NCBI GenBank assembly: GCA_963768655.1
Contig: CAVYIM010000005.1
Location: 64,001 to 128,000, forward strand
Direction: 5' to 3'
Length of the DNA: 64,000 nucleotides
DNA from: an uncultured Chloroflexia bacterium
Lineage (GTDB): Bacteria; Chloroflexota; Limnocylindria; Limnocylindrales; CSP1-4
Within the stretch, counting starts at the first letter, position 1. Every line of letters starts with the position of its first letter. A program made the position numbers and the translations under genes. Below the pieces are notes generated by a model that worked only from the letters and a program-made list of their open reading frames with translations, had not been told where the DNA came from and did not search any database. Below are positions 49,722 to 59,909 of the stretch, in pieces.

Positions 49722-50178
49722 CTACTCGCCGCGCCCCTTCCTGGTGGCGAGAAGGGCCGCATCGGCCCTGGCGGTGAGCTCGTCGAGCGTTTCGTCCCCG
49801 GCGAGCGCCGCTGCGCCCACGCTGATCGCCACGCCAACGTCGCTCTGGACCGCACGACTGATGGCATCGAAACGACGTCTGACCTCATCGAGATCGACTC
49901 CACCGAGCCGCCAGACGACGATCGGGTCGCGGGGCGGATCGGGCAACCTAAGGGCCGCCGACTCAGCGCGTTTCGAGCGGCCGCACGAGACGCTTGCCTC
50001 GGGCCAGGGCGAGGAGATCGGCAGACTCCTGTCTGTCCGCGACCGCATCCGCAACCGACTGAATTCGCGCCCGTGCCTCGCGTTCGGCAGCGGCCTCGCG
50101 CAGCGGCGTGTGGAACGCCTCGTTCACCGGCTCGTCGCTGGCCGCCCGTCGGTAGGCGCCGTTCGTGGTTTGAGCCAT
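49722..50178 (-). pseudogene. Decayed diguanylate cyclase (GGDEF) gene
   Basis: C-terminal ISVGAA...LDELTARADAAL retained; no RxGGDEF; split across frames. Confidence 0.6.
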
Positions 50179-50195
50179 TGGACGATCCTCCTCAC

Positions 50196-50615
50196 TCAGC
50201 CCGGCAGTGTGCGTCTCGCCGACGAGCCGGCGAACGCGCGGAGGCGGGCCAGCAGCTGCGGTTCGGTCATCGGGCCGCTCTTGTCCACCTCGATGCGCCC
50301 ATCGACATCGCGGCTTCGATCGCGACCCTTGATCTGGTGCGCGAAGTGTTCGACGACCTCGCCGTCGCCCACGAGCAGAAGATCATCGTCGAACGGCACC
50401 GTGCCGCCGACTCGGGCGAAGAACACCCGCATGTGTTCGTCGCGGTGACCCTCACCGACCGGGTGGTCTTCGGTCGGCGGACGCCCGGTGGAGCGGTGCC
50501 AGCCCGGGACCGTGGAATCGAACCGTTCGCGGACCGTGACCCCCTCGGGACCCCATCGCAGGACCATCGCCGAAGCCGCCGAGATCCAGACGCCTGTCGT
50601 TCGTTGAGCCGTCAT
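50196..50615 (-). CDS. Stand-alone eRF1/host-attachment (baeRF)-like protein
   Basis: GVWIS...FFARV...LLLVGDG...F pattern and TEPQLLA. Confidence 0.5.
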   Translation of the reverse strand: MTAQRTTGVWISAASAMVLRWGPEGVTVRERFDSTVPGWHRSTGRPPTEDHPVGEGHRDEHMRVFFARVGGTVPFDDDLLLVGDGEVVEHFAHQIKGRDRSRDVDGRIEVDKSGPMTEPQLLARLRAFAGSSARRTLPG

Positions 50616-50776
50616 CGAGATTCTCCCGTCCCAGCGACTTGGTCGACTGGGGGTTGGCCCGTCAAGCGACCCACCGCGGCGATCCTGCTTCGGCCCGGCA
50701 CGAGAAGCATCCGAATGAAAGCCTGAAGCAGGACTGCTCCGGCCAGGGCGAACAAGAGCAGGACGAGGGGAGTCAT
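50612..50776 (-). CDS. Small membrane protein (54 aa)
   Basis: Single TM; ATGA overlap with downstream gene. Confidence 0.45.
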   Translation of the reverse strand: MTPLVLLLFALAGAVLLQAFIRMLLVPGRSRIAAVGRLTGQPPVDQVAGTGESR

Positions 50777-50993
50777 GAGGTCTTTCCCGCTGCCGGCCTG
50801 ACGCGGTCTCGCGACCGAAATATCAGCACGGGGGGTCGGACAGGGTCCCAGCATGCGCTTGCGCGGCCGCGATAGCAATCGGTGGCTCGCGGCCCGGACC
50901 GTCGGGATTGCACCTGGACCGGAAGATGCTCGGCCGGGCCTTGAGTCGAGCCACGTTCGCCGAGATCGATCGGCCGGCCGCTTTGACGGCGGC

Positions 50994-53393
50994 TCAGCTC
51001 AGGACGGCCTCGACCTTCACCGACGCCGTCCCGGGCGCCGGCAGCGGCACGACGTCGCCGGCGATCGGAGCGCCGTCGACCACCAGCGCAACCGCGTTCC
51101 CGGGCCCCTCGCGGCGCACCGAGATTTCGTATGCGGTGCCGCGGAACTCGCGGTGGGCCTTGAAGCCGGGCCAGCCCGCCGGCACGACCGGGGCCACGCG
51201 CAGGCCCTCGAAGGTCGGACGGATGCCCAGGATCCACTGCGTGGCGGCGACGAAGGTCCAGGCCGCGGCGCCGGTAAGCCACGCGTTGCGGGCCATCCCG
51301 AAAGACGGGTGGGCCGGCCCGCAGATGTTCTGCGGATAGACGTACGGCTCGACCTTGTAGACGTCGGAGTCGGTTCGGGCCAGCGGCAGGATCTGGCGGT
51401 AGTAGCGATACGCGTCATCGCCCCAGCCGAGCATTGCGGCAGCCACGATCGACCAGGGGTTGGAGTGGCAGAAGATGCCGCCGTTCTCCTTGGCCCCCGG
51501 AACGAACGTCGCGGTGCCGCACACGCGCGGGTCGGCGCCGTCGTACGGCGGTCGCAGCAGGGACAATCCGAACTTCGTGTTGAGCTGCTCATCGGCGGAG
51601 TGCATCGCTCGTTCGGCCCGCTCCTGCGGCGCGACCTCGCCAATCACCGCCCAGCTCTGCGGGATCAGGTCGATGGCGTGATGAGCAGCGCCCGACACGC
51701 CGATCGGCAGGCCCTCATCATCGAAAGAGCGGGCGTACCACGCGCCATCCCAGGCGCAATCGTTGATGACGGCGGCCATCTCGAGGCGCAGCTTCTCGAA
51801 CCGCCCGGCTTCCGCGCCGCGGCCGGAGTTCCGGCACAGGTCGACCAGGTCGACCATCGCCCGGCAGAACTGCATGCCGGTCCAGACGCTCTCCGCCTTG
51901 CCCGATCCGTGATCGATGTTGAGAGTGTCGTTCCAGTCCGAAAAGCCCGAGCGCGGCAGGCCGTGCGGACCACGGTTGGCGAGCGTGAATTCGACCGCCC
52001 GGAGCATGTGCTCCCAGACGGGATCTTCGCCGCCGTCGGCATAGGCCACGCGCTGGGCGAGGTAGTCGAAATCGCCCGTCTCCCGGACGTAGGCGCACAC
52101 GGCGATGATCAGCCACAGGTGATCGTCGGAGAACCATTGCGGCCAGTCGGGGAACTCGGCGGCCAGCCCCGGCCCACCCTCGCCCGTGAGCGGGTAGAAC
52201 TGATGCCACGTGTGGCCGTCGCGGAACTGCACCTTCCAGATCTCGGTCAGCATCCGGCGAGCGTGGTCGGGGACGGTGTGCATCGTGCCGAGCGTGTCCT
52301 GGGCGCTGTCCCGAGTGCCCATGCCGCGGCCCATGCCGGTCTCGTAGCCGGACACGAAGCGCGACCAGTACAGCGTGGTGCGGCACTGGACCTGGTTCCA
52401 GAAGTTGAGCATCGCGTTCGTGTCGGCGTCCGGAGTCTCGACCGTGAATCGCGACAGGTAAGCATCCCAGTCGTCGCGCAGCGCCGCGAACGCCGCGTCG
52501 ACCTCGGCGGGATCGGAGAATCGCGCCACGGTGCGAGCGATCTCGGCGGGTCGCTCGGTGATGCCCATGACATACACGAGCCGGTGTTCCTCGCCCGGCG
52601 CAAGCACCATGTCGTGGGTCAGCGACCCAATGCTGTTGCCACGCGGGGACGGGGCGTTGGATGGTTCGCCCGCCTCTACGACGATCGGATCGGAAAGGTC
52701 GCGGCTGCAGCCGACGAAGTCCTCACGGTCGCACGTGTAGCCGGCCGGCCTCTCGCTCGATCCGAAGAAACAGACGAGCGGGTTGAACTTCGTCCGGACG
52801 CGGATGACGCCGTCGTCGCATGAGCTGAAGACGATGTGCTGGGCCCAGTCCAGGTTGACCGTGTCCTGATGCGCGTCGAAGAAGCTGAACTCGGCATAGG
52901 AGAACGTGCGCAGGCGCCGCGTGGCGGTGCCGGTGTTGCGCACGCGGAGCACCCACAGTTCGCAGGGAACCGGCTCGTCGCCGGAGCTCGGGGGGACGAA
53001 GTACGTGATCTCAGCCGCGATCTCCTTGTACGTGCTTGAGATGCGCGTGTAGGCGGTCCCGTGGCGGCACTCGTAGCCGTCCAGGTCGTGCCGAACCGGC
53101 TGCCAGGTGGGGCTCCAGTACTCGCCGGTCTCCTGATCTCGCAGGTAGACGTAGCGGCCCGGCTGGTCGGCCGGGATCGCGTTGTAGCGGTAGCGAGTGA
53201 CGCGCCGGTTGCGGGGGTCGCGGTCGAACGAGTAGCCACCGCCGGTATTGGAGACGATGCCGCCGTAGCGACCCTCGCCGATGTAGTTGATCCAGGGCGT
53301 CGGCGTGTCGGGTCGCGTGATGACGTACTCGCGGGCTGCCGCGTCGAACTGGCCGTACGCGTTGGACCCGATCGCGGCCCCGTTCTGGATCAC
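50994..53393 (-). CDS. GH94 glycoside phosphorylase, specificity uncertain
   Basis: PDTPTPWINY, GMGTRDSAQD, SDWND, KENGGIFCH, EPYVY. Confidence 0.9.
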   Translation of the reverse strand: MIQNGAAIGSNAYGQFDAAAREYVITRPDTPTPWINYIGEGRYGGIVSNTGGGYSFDRDPRNRRVTRYRYNAIPADQPGRYVYLRDQETGEYWSPTWQPVRHDLDGYECRHGTAYTRISSTYKEIAAEITYFVPPSSGDEPVPCELWVLRVRNTGTATRRLRTFSYAEFSFFDAHQDTVNLDWAQHIVFSSCDDGVIRVRTKFNPLVCFFGSSERPAGYTCDREDFVGCSRDLSDPIVVEAGEPSNAPSPRGNSIGSLTHDMVLAPGEEHRLVYVMGITERPAEIARTVARFSDPAEVDAAFAALRDDWDAYLSRFTVETPDADTNAMLNFWNQVQCRTTLYWSRFVSGYETGMGRGMGTRDSAQDTLGTMHTVPDHARRMLTEIWKVQFRDGHTWHQFYPLTGEGGPGLAAEFPDWPQWFSDDHLWLIIAVCAYVRETGDFDYLAQRVAYADGGEDPVWEHMLRAVEFTLANRGPHGLPRSGFSDWNDTLNIDHGSGKAESVWTGMQFCRAMVDLVDLCRNSGRGAEAGRFEKLRLEMAAVINDCAWDGAWYARSFDDEGLPIGVSGAAHHAIDLIPQSWAVIGEVAPQERAERAMHSADEQLNTKFGLSLLRPPYDGADPRVCGTATFVPGAKENGGIFCHSNPWSIVAAAMLGWGDDAYRYYRQILPLARTDSDVYKVEPYVYPQNICGPAHPSFGMARNAWLTGAAAWTFVAATQWILGIRPTFEGLRVAPVVPAGWPGFKAHREFRGTAYEISVRREGPGNAVALVVDGAPIAGDVVPLPAPGTASVKVEAVLS

Positions 53394-55840
53394 TCGACAA
53401 ATGCCTCGACTTCGACGGCCCGGCCCGGCTCCGCCCGCAGCGGGACGAGATTCCCGGCGATCGCCTCCCCGTCAACGACGAGCCGCGACACGCGGCCGGT
53501 CAAACCCTTCGGCTTGCGCACGGCGATCCTGTACATCCTACCGCGGAACCGACGAGTGACCGCGAAGTCGCCCCAGTCGGCGGGCACGACCGGGTCGATG
53601 CGCAGGCCCCCGTGCTCGGCCCGGATGCCGAGGATCCACTGGCTGATGGCCACGAAGTTCCACGCTGCGGTGCCGCTCAGCCAGGAGTTCTTGGCCTCTC
53701 CCGGAGTCGGGGCATCCTTGCCTGCGATCATCTGGGCGTAGACGTACGGCTCACAGCGGTGAATCTCGGAGATCGGCTCTCGGGCCGATGGGTTGATCCG
53801 CATGTAATAGTCGAGTGCACCCTCGCCGTTGCCCGCCATCGCCTCGGCGATCATCAGCCACGGGTTGGTGTGGCAGAAGATGCCGGCGTTCTCTTTGTAG
53901 CCCTGCGGGTAGGAGGAGATCTCGCCGAGGTTGAGGTAGTAGTGCGTGTAGGCGGGGTTGTTCAGGACGATGCCGTGCGGTGTGGCCAGGCGTTCCCGAA
54001 CCGAGGCCAGGGCTCTCGCCGCCTTGCCGTCGTCGAGGCCGATGCCGGCCAGAATGCAGATGCCCTGCGGCTCGATGAAGATCTGGCCTTCTTCGTTCTG
54101 TGACGAACCCACCACGTCGCCGAAGTAGTCGTAGGCGCGGCGGAACCAGTTTCCGTCCCAGCCGGCCGTCTTTACGACGCCGGTCATGGTCGCGGACGCG
54201 GTCTGGCAGCGCTTCGCCTCGACAACGTCGCCGCGAAGGTCCGCGATGGCGGCCATTTCGTCCGCCGCGAGCACGAAGAGGCCGCCGATGAAGACCGATT
54301 CGGCCACGCCGCCGGCCTTGTTCTCAGTCGTCTGGAACGACTCGCCCGGCGTCTCCGAGAAGCAGTTGAGATTCAGGCAGTCGTTCCAGTCGGCTCGACC
54401 GATGAGCGGCAGCCCGTGGGGGCCGAGCCGCTCTAGGGTGTAGCCGATGCAGCGCTGCAGGTGCTCGTACAGCGGCCTCTCCGACCCGGGCTCGTTGTCG
54501 AACGCAACCGGAGCGTCGAGAAGGGCCGTATCGCCCGTCTCCTTCAGATACGCCGCCACGGCCAGCACGAGCCAGGCCGGATCGTCGTTGAAGCCACCGC
54601 CGACGTCGTTGTTGCCGCGCTTCGTCAAGGGTTGGTACTGGTGATAGGCGCCGCCGGTCGGCAGCTGGGTGGCGGCGATGTCGAGGATGCGCTCGCGGGC
54701 CCGAGCCGGGACCATGTGAACGAAGCCGAGCAGGTCCTGATTCGAGTCGCGGAAGCCCATGCCACGGCCGATGCCCGACTCGAAGAGCGAGGCCGACCTC
54801 GACAGGTTGAACGTCACCATGCACTGGTAGGCGTTCCAGATGTTGACCATCCGATCGACGTGCTCGTTGCCGGTTTCGACGTGGAAGGTGCTCAGCAGCT
54901 CCGTCCAGTAGTCGCGCAGGGTCTGGAGGGCCGCGGCCACCGCCGCCGGTTTGAGGTACTTCTCGATGATCGGCTTCACCGTTCGCTTGTCGATCGTCTG
55001 AGAGCCGGGCGGGTCGAACTTGCGGTCTTTCGGGTTCTCGCCGTAGCCGAGCACGAAGACGACTTCCTTCGTCTCGTTCGCGCCAAGCTCGAGCCGGACG
55101 TGGTGAGAGCCGATCGGCTGCCAGCCGTGGGCCTCCGAATCGGTCGCCTGGCCGCGCTCGACGACGATCGGCCGGTCCCAGCCGCGGTAGGGCCCGAGGA
55201 ACGCGTCGCGCTGCGTGTCGAAGCCGGCCAGCGGCTCCGAGCAGGCGAAGTAGGCGAAGTGGTCGCGGCGCTCGCGGTACTCCGACTTGTGGTAGATGAC
55301 CCCGGCCTCGATCTCGACCTGGCCTACCGAATAGTTGCGCTGGAAGTTGGTGTTGTCTTCCAGTGCCTCCCAAAGACAGAACTCGATCGAGCTGAAGAGC
55401 GAGACCTTCGCCGGAGCGGAGCGCTCGTTGGTCACGCGCACGCGCCAGACCTCGAGGTTCTCGCCGAGGGGCACGAAGTAGCACGTCTCGGCCCGGACGC
55501 CGTGCAAGCGCGACCCGATGATCGAGTATCCCAGGCCGTGGCGGCAGCTGTAGTCCTCGACATCGCGCTGCGTCGGCTGCCAGCTCGGGCTCCAGAAGTC
55601 GCCCGAGTCGTCGTCCCGAAGATAGATGTAACGCCCGCCCAGGTCGAGCGGCGCGTTGTTGTAGCGGTAGCGGGTCAGACGCCGAAGACGCGCATCGCGG
55701 TAGAAGGAATAGCCGCCGGCCGTGTTCGAGATGATCCCGAAGTAGCTTTCGCTGCCCAGGTAGTTGATCCAGGGCAGCGGCGTGTCCGGTCGCGTAACGA
55801 CGTATTCGCGCTGGTCATTGTCGAAGTGGCCGTAGCGCAC
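53390..55840 (-). CDS. GH94 cellobiose phosphorylase
   Basis: MRYGHFD, GRGMGFRDSNQD, YHQYQPLT, RADWNDCLNLNCFS, EAKNSWL. Confidence 0.88.
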   Translation of the reverse strand: MRYGHFDNDQREYVVTRPDTPLPWINYLGSESYFGIISNTAGGYSFYRDARLRRLTRYRYNNAPLDLGGRYIYLRDDDSGDFWSPSWQPTQRDVEDYSCRHGLGYSIIGSRLHGVRAETCYFVPLGENLEVWRVRVTNERSAPAKVSLFSSIEFCLWEALEDNTNFQRNYSVGQVEIEAGVIYHKSEYRERRDHFAYFACSEPLAGFDTQRDAFLGPYRGWDRPIVVERGQATDSEAHGWQPIGSHHVRLELGANETKEVVFVLGYGENPKDRKFDPPGSQTIDKRTVKPIIEKYLKPAAVAAALQTLRDYWTELLSTFHVETGNEHVDRMVNIWNAYQCMVTFNLSRSASLFESGIGRGMGFRDSNQDLLGFVHMVPARARERILDIAATQLPTGGAYHQYQPLTKRGNNDVGGGFNDDPAWLVLAVAAYLKETGDTALLDAPVAFDNEPGSERPLYEHLQRCIGYTLERLGPHGLPLIGRADWNDCLNLNCFSETPGESFQTTENKAGGVAESVFIGGLFVLAADEMAAIADLRGDVVEAKRCQTASATMTGVVKTAGWDGNWFRRAYDYFGDVVGSSQNEEGQIFIEPQGICILAGIGLDDGKAARALASVRERLATPHGIVLNNPAYTHYYLNLGEISSYPQGYKENAGIFCHTNPWLMIAEAMAGNGEGALDYYMRINPSAREPISEIHRCEPYVYAQMIAGKDAPTPGEAKNSWLSGTAAWNFVAISQWILGIRAEHGGLRIDPVVPADWGDFAVTRRFRGRMYRIAVRKPKGLTGRVSRLVVDGEAIAGNLVPLRAEPGRAVEVEAFVE

Positions 55841-55973
55841 CTAATCTCCTCCTGGATCAGCCCAGGCCGCCGCCGAACGCGCCACGACCGGCCATCGGCC
55901 CGCGGTTCGGGGAACCGCGGGCATTCGATGTCCTGCCTCGGGGGCGCCTTGCCGGTCGGGTGTTCGGCCCGAC

Positions 55974-56933
55974 TCAGGCTACGCGGCAGATTCCCTGGCC
56001 GAGATCGAAGCAGCCAACGAAGTGATCGTCTTCGACCTTGACCAGCGTAGGCGCATCCGCGGCGGGGGCGCCGGCCGTCGGTGGGTAGGCCTGGTGGAAC
56101 AGGCACGTCCCCGACGCGTTGCCACCGTGAGCCTGGATCTCTGCCTCGACATCGGCCCACTTCTTGTGGAGCTGCGGGACGGACGCGATCAACACCTTCG
56201 TGTACGGATGCGTCGGATTGCCGAAGACCTTCTCCGTGGCGCCCATTTCGACGATGGCGCCTCTCCGCAAGATGACCGTCTTCTCGCTGATGTAGTTGCC
56301 GAGTGAGAGGTCGTGGGTGATGAACAGGATCCCCATGCCCCGGCCCTTGAGCTCAGCCAGCAGGTTCAGGACGTCGATGCGGGTCGAGGCGTCGAGCATG
56401 CTGATGATCTCGTCGGCCACGAGGATCTTGAGGTCCAGCAGCAGTGCTCGGGCCACGAGCAACCGCTGAAGCTGGCCGCCGCTAAGCTGGTGAGGGTACT
56501 TGTTCAGGACCTGGTCCGGCTCGAGCGTGACGGCCCGGAGCGAGGCTTCGACCTTGTCGCTCCACTCGGAGCGGGCCATGTCCGCGAAGTATTCGCCGCG
56601 GATCATGCTGAACACGCGATCCGCCTTGAAGATCGGGTTGTACGAGCTGAACGGATCCTGGAAGACGCCCTGAACCTGGCGGTAGTAGGCCTTGACCGCC
56701 CCGCCGTGGATGCCCGCTACGTCTGTCCCGTCGCAGATGATCGATCCGCGGCTGATCTCGAGCAGCTTGAGGATCATCTTCCCGATGGTCGTTTTGCCGC
56801 TGCCGCTCTCGCCGATCAGCGAGACGACCTCGCCTTCGTTCACGTCGAAGCTGACGTCACGAACCGCCCACAGCTCCTTCCCGCCGAAGGTTCCGACCTT
56901 GTAGGACTTGGAAACTCTGTTGAGGCTAAGCAT
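55974..56933 (-). CDS. Opp/Dpp-type ABC ATPase (OppF-like)
   Basis: GESGSGKT, LSGGQ, ADE, THD. Confidence 0.92.
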   Translation of the reverse strand: MLSLNRVSKSYKVGTFGGKELWAVRDVSFDVNEGEVVSLIGESGSGKTTIGKMILKLLEISRGSIICDGTDVAGIHGGAVKAYYRQVQGVFQDPFSSYNPIFKADRVFSMIRGEYFADMARSEWSDKVEASLRAVTLEPDQVLNKYPHQLSGGQLQRLLVARALLLDLKILVADEIISMLDASTRIDVLNLLAELKGRGMGILFITHDLSLGNYISEKTVILRRGAIVEMGATEKVFGNPTHPYTKVLIASVPQLHKKWADVEAEIQAHGGNASGTCLFHQAYPPTAGAPAADAPTLVKVEDDHFVGCFDLGQGICRVA

Positions 56934-57888
56934 CTGATCCGGTGGCCTTCCAGCACGCGACCGAGTGGTCGCCGGCGATCTCGATGAAGGGCGGCTCCTC
57001 CGCGCACTTGTCGAAGGCAAGCGGGCAGCGGGCCCGGAAGCGGCAGCCCGTCGGAGGCTTAAGCAGCGCGGGAGGGCTCCCCGGAATGCCGGTGAGCTTC
57101 TTGTTCTGGTACCGAACCCCGACTTCCGGAAGCGACGAGATCAGCATCCTCGTATACGGATGCCGCGGTTGCTCGATGATGGTCTTGGTCGGCGCCTTCT
57201 CGGCCAGCTTCCCCGCATACATGATCAGGATCGTGTCGGCGGTCTGGTAGAGAATTGAGACATCGTGAGTGATGACGATCATGCTCTTCACGAAACCATG
57301 GTCTCGGAAGCTCACCAGAGTTTCCGCCACGGCCCGCTGAGTCGACACGTCGAGAGCTGATGTGATCTCGTCGGCGATCAGCAGCGACGGATCGAGCAGC
57401 GTCGAGATGACCATGACCATGCGCTGCTTCATACCGCCGGACAGTTCGATCGGGTAGCGAGCCAGCACGTCCGGCTGCAGCCCGACGAGATCGATGCGAC
57501 GCATCAATTCTGACCTGATCTCTTTGTAACTCTCGCCTCGCGACTCCAGCAACTCGCGGATCATCGTCCCGATCTTGCGCGTCGGGTTCATGGCGCTCAT
57601 TGCGTACTGCGGAATCACCGACACGTCCCGGAACCGGAACTCGTTCATGCCGTCGTTGTCCCAGACGGGCAGGCTGTTGCCGTCGAGGTTCACACTCCCA
57701 GCGACATATCTCATCCTGCCATCCAGGCGAATCAGGCTGTTGCCGAGCGTGGACTTCCCGCAGCCCGACTCGCCGGCCAGACCCATGATCTCTTTGTCGG
57801 CAATCGCGAACGTCGCGCCGTCGAGCGCCTGAACGTCCCCGGCCAGCGTTCGGTAGTAGACCCTGAGGTCCGTAACCTGAAGAGTCAT
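56926..57888 (-). CDS. Opp/Dpp-type ABC ATPase (OppD-like)
   Basis: GESGCGKS, LSGGM, C-terminal Cys cluster. Confidence 0.92.
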   Translation of the reverse strand: MTLQVTDLRVYYRTLAGDVQALDGATFAIADKEIMGLAGESGCGKSTLGNSLIRLDGRMRYVAGSVNLDGNSLPVWDNDGMNEFRFRDVSVIPQYAMSAMNPTRKIGTMIRELLESRGESYKEIRSELMRRIDLVGLQPDVLARYPIELSGGMKQRMVMVISTLLDPSLLIADEITSALDVSTQRAVAETLVSFRDHGFVKSMIVITHDVSILYQTADTILIMYAGKLAEKAPTKTIIEQPRHPYTRMLISSLPEVGVRYQNKKLTGIPGSPPALLKPPTGCRFRARCPLAFDKCAEEPPFIEIAGDHSVACWKATGSDA

Positions 57889-57891
57889 GGC

Positions 57892-58827
57892 TCAGATATC
57901 CCTGAGTTTCGGGTTGAAGATCTCATCGAGACCCACATTCATCACGTAGAGAGCGCCCACCAGGGCAATGATGCCCACGCCGGGCGGAATGAACCACCAC
58001 CAGATCCCGAGCTGCAGAGCGGCCCCATACGTCACGGAGTTGTACATCATGAGACCAAGTGACATCCCGCCCGTCGGCCCCAGGCCGATGAAATCGAGGC
58101 TCGCTGCAAGCAGGATGGCGCCACCGAACAGGAGGATGTACGTCAGGAACAAGTAGGAGCTCATGTTCGGCGCTATCTCGAAGACGATCACTTTCCATCC
58201 GCTGCGACCACTGAGTTTCGCCAGATCGATGAACTCCCGAGACCGCAGCGAGAACGTTTGAGCACGAATAGCGCGGGCGGCCCACGGCCAGGAGAAGAGG
58301 CCAACGAAGACAGCCTCGAACAGCACGCCGCGCGCCGAGAGATAGGACGTGATGACGAGCAGCACGGCCAGGGTCGGAATCACCAGGAAGATGTTCGTGA
58401 TCATATTCAGGAGCTCGTCAATCCAGCCGCCCAGATACCCGGCCACGAAACCGACGGCCATTCCGATCAAGGCCGCCAGCCCGCCGCCCAGGAAACCGAC
58501 AAAGAACGAGGCGCGAAGACCATTGGCGAACTGAGCGAAGACGTCGTCACCGAAGTACGTCGTGCCGAACCAGTTGCCCGGGTCCAGGGTGGGATGGCGC
58601 ATCTGCTGGCCGGCCTGAGCCACCGGGTCAGTGGGATCGATGATCGGCCCAAAGATGGCGAGGAAGGCGAGCACAAGAAGAATCGCCATCGAGACGAGAA
58701 ACTTCTTGGAGCGAAGTGCGAAGAAGAGGAATTCGCCGCGAGCGCGCTTGGCCGGAGGAGTTTCGTCCTTCCCGGTGCCATCCACGGCCGTGCCCGGTTT
58801 CGCCGTTGTACCAGCCGCTGCTGTCAC
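57892..58827 (-). CDS. Opp/Dpp-type permease (OppC-like)
   Basis: TMs; EAA-like loop REFIDLAKLSG; WWWFIPPG. Confidence 0.92.
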   Translation of the reverse strand: MTAAAGTTAKPGTAVDGTGKDETPPAKRARGEFLFFALRSKKFLVSMAILLVLAFLAIFGPIIDPTDPVAQAGQQMRHPTLDPGNWFGTTYFGDDVFAQFANGLRASFFVGFLGGGLAALIGMAVGFVAGYLGGWIDELLNMITNIFLVIPTLAVLLVITSYLSARGVLFEAVFVGLFSWPWAARAIRAQTFSLRSREFIDLAKLSGRSGWKVIVFEIAPNMSSYLFLTYILLFGGAILLAASLDFIGLGPTGGMSLGLMMYNSVTYGAALQLGIWWWFIPPGVGIIALVGALYVMNVGLDEIFNPKLRDI

Positions 58828-59819
58828 GCCGTGCCTCCTCGCATAGACACGCGAGTCCGTGGATCGACGATCACGTAGACGATGTCGACGATGAAGTTGG
58901 CCAGCAGGACTCCAACGATGATGAACAGGAAGATGCCCTGCAGGAGGAAGTAGTCCTCGTTCTCGATGGCCTGGAAGACGAGGTGTCCGAGGCCAGGATA
59001 GGAGAATACGATCTCAGTCACGAGCGCCCCGGCTACGATCACACCCAGCTGCAGAGCCAGGCCAGTGATCTGCGGCAGCATCGCGTTGCGGAAAGCGTAC
59101 TTGCGGATCAGGCCCTGGGGGGCGCCGAGCGCCGCCAGGTAGCGACTGTAGTCCGACTCCAGCTCGTAGATGATCATGTTCCTCATGCCGATCGCCCAAC
59201 CGCCGAACATGACGAGGAAGAGCGACAGGAACGGCAGCACCCAATGCGCGACGAGGTCCGTGAAGAACAGCCATGTCAGCGTCGGTTCGAGGTTGAAGCC
59301 GTAGCCGCCGGAAAGCGGGAAGATCCGCAGAGTGAACGACAGGACGAAAGACAGGACGATTGCCAGCCACATGTACGGCGTGGCGGTCAGGACATAGCCC
59401 ACTGGCAGGATCGTGTTGTCCAGCCACCTGCGGCGAGCCGCGAGGGCCCCGAAGCTGTTGCCGGCCCACCAGCTCAACAGGATCGCTGGAATCAACAGGG
59501 CCAGTGTGTAGGGCACCGCGCCCATGATCATCGAACTAACCGGCGTCCCGTTGCCATATATGCTCAACCCGAGGTCGCCGTGCGCAAGAGACGTCCAGAA
59601 GTTCACGTACTGCACAATCAGTGGCTTGTCAAGCCCGAAGAGTGCGGTGTAGTACTGCTGCATCGCCTGGGCCTGATTGACAGAGAGGATGTTCGTCTTG
59701 CTGATCAATATGGCGATGGGATCGCCGGGCATGAACCGTGGGATCATCCAGTCGATCGTCGCCGCTACGAAGAACGTGACCAAGTAAGTGAGTAGCTTTC
59801 GCCCAAAGTAACGTCGCAC
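58824..59819 (-). CDS. Opp/Dpp-type permease (OppB-like)
   Basis: MPGDP, GDLG, EIVFSYPGLG. Confidence 0.92.
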   Translation of the reverse strand: MRRYFGRKLLTYLVTFFVAATIDWMIPRFMPGDPIAILISKTNILSVNQAQAMQQYYTALFGLDKPLIVQYVNFWTSLAHGDLGLSIYGNGTPVSSMIMGAVPYTLALLIPAILLSWWAGNSFGALAARRRWLDNTILPVGYVLTATPYMWLAIVLSFVLSFTLRIFPLSGGYGFNLEPTLTWLFFTDLVAHWVLPFLSLFLVMFGGWAIGMRNMIIYELESDYSRYLAALGAPQGLIRKYAFRNAMLPQITGLALQLGVIVAGALVTEIVFSYPGLGHLVFQAIENEDYFLLQGIFLFIIVGVLLANFIVDIVYVIVDPRTRVSMRGGTA

Positions 59820-59851
59820 GCGATCTCCTGGTCGCCGTCGAGTGCTGAACT

Positions 59852-59900
59852 CAATGAACGGCCCCTCCCCCCGCCTCGCGGCAGGGGGAGGGGCTCATTG
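59852..59900. other. Intra-operon stem-loop after SBP gene (likely mRNA stabiliser or partial terminator)
   Basis: CAATGA..GCCCCTCCCCC...GGGGGAGGGGC..TCATTG. Confidence 0.6.
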
Positions 59901-59909
59901 CGTTTACGA

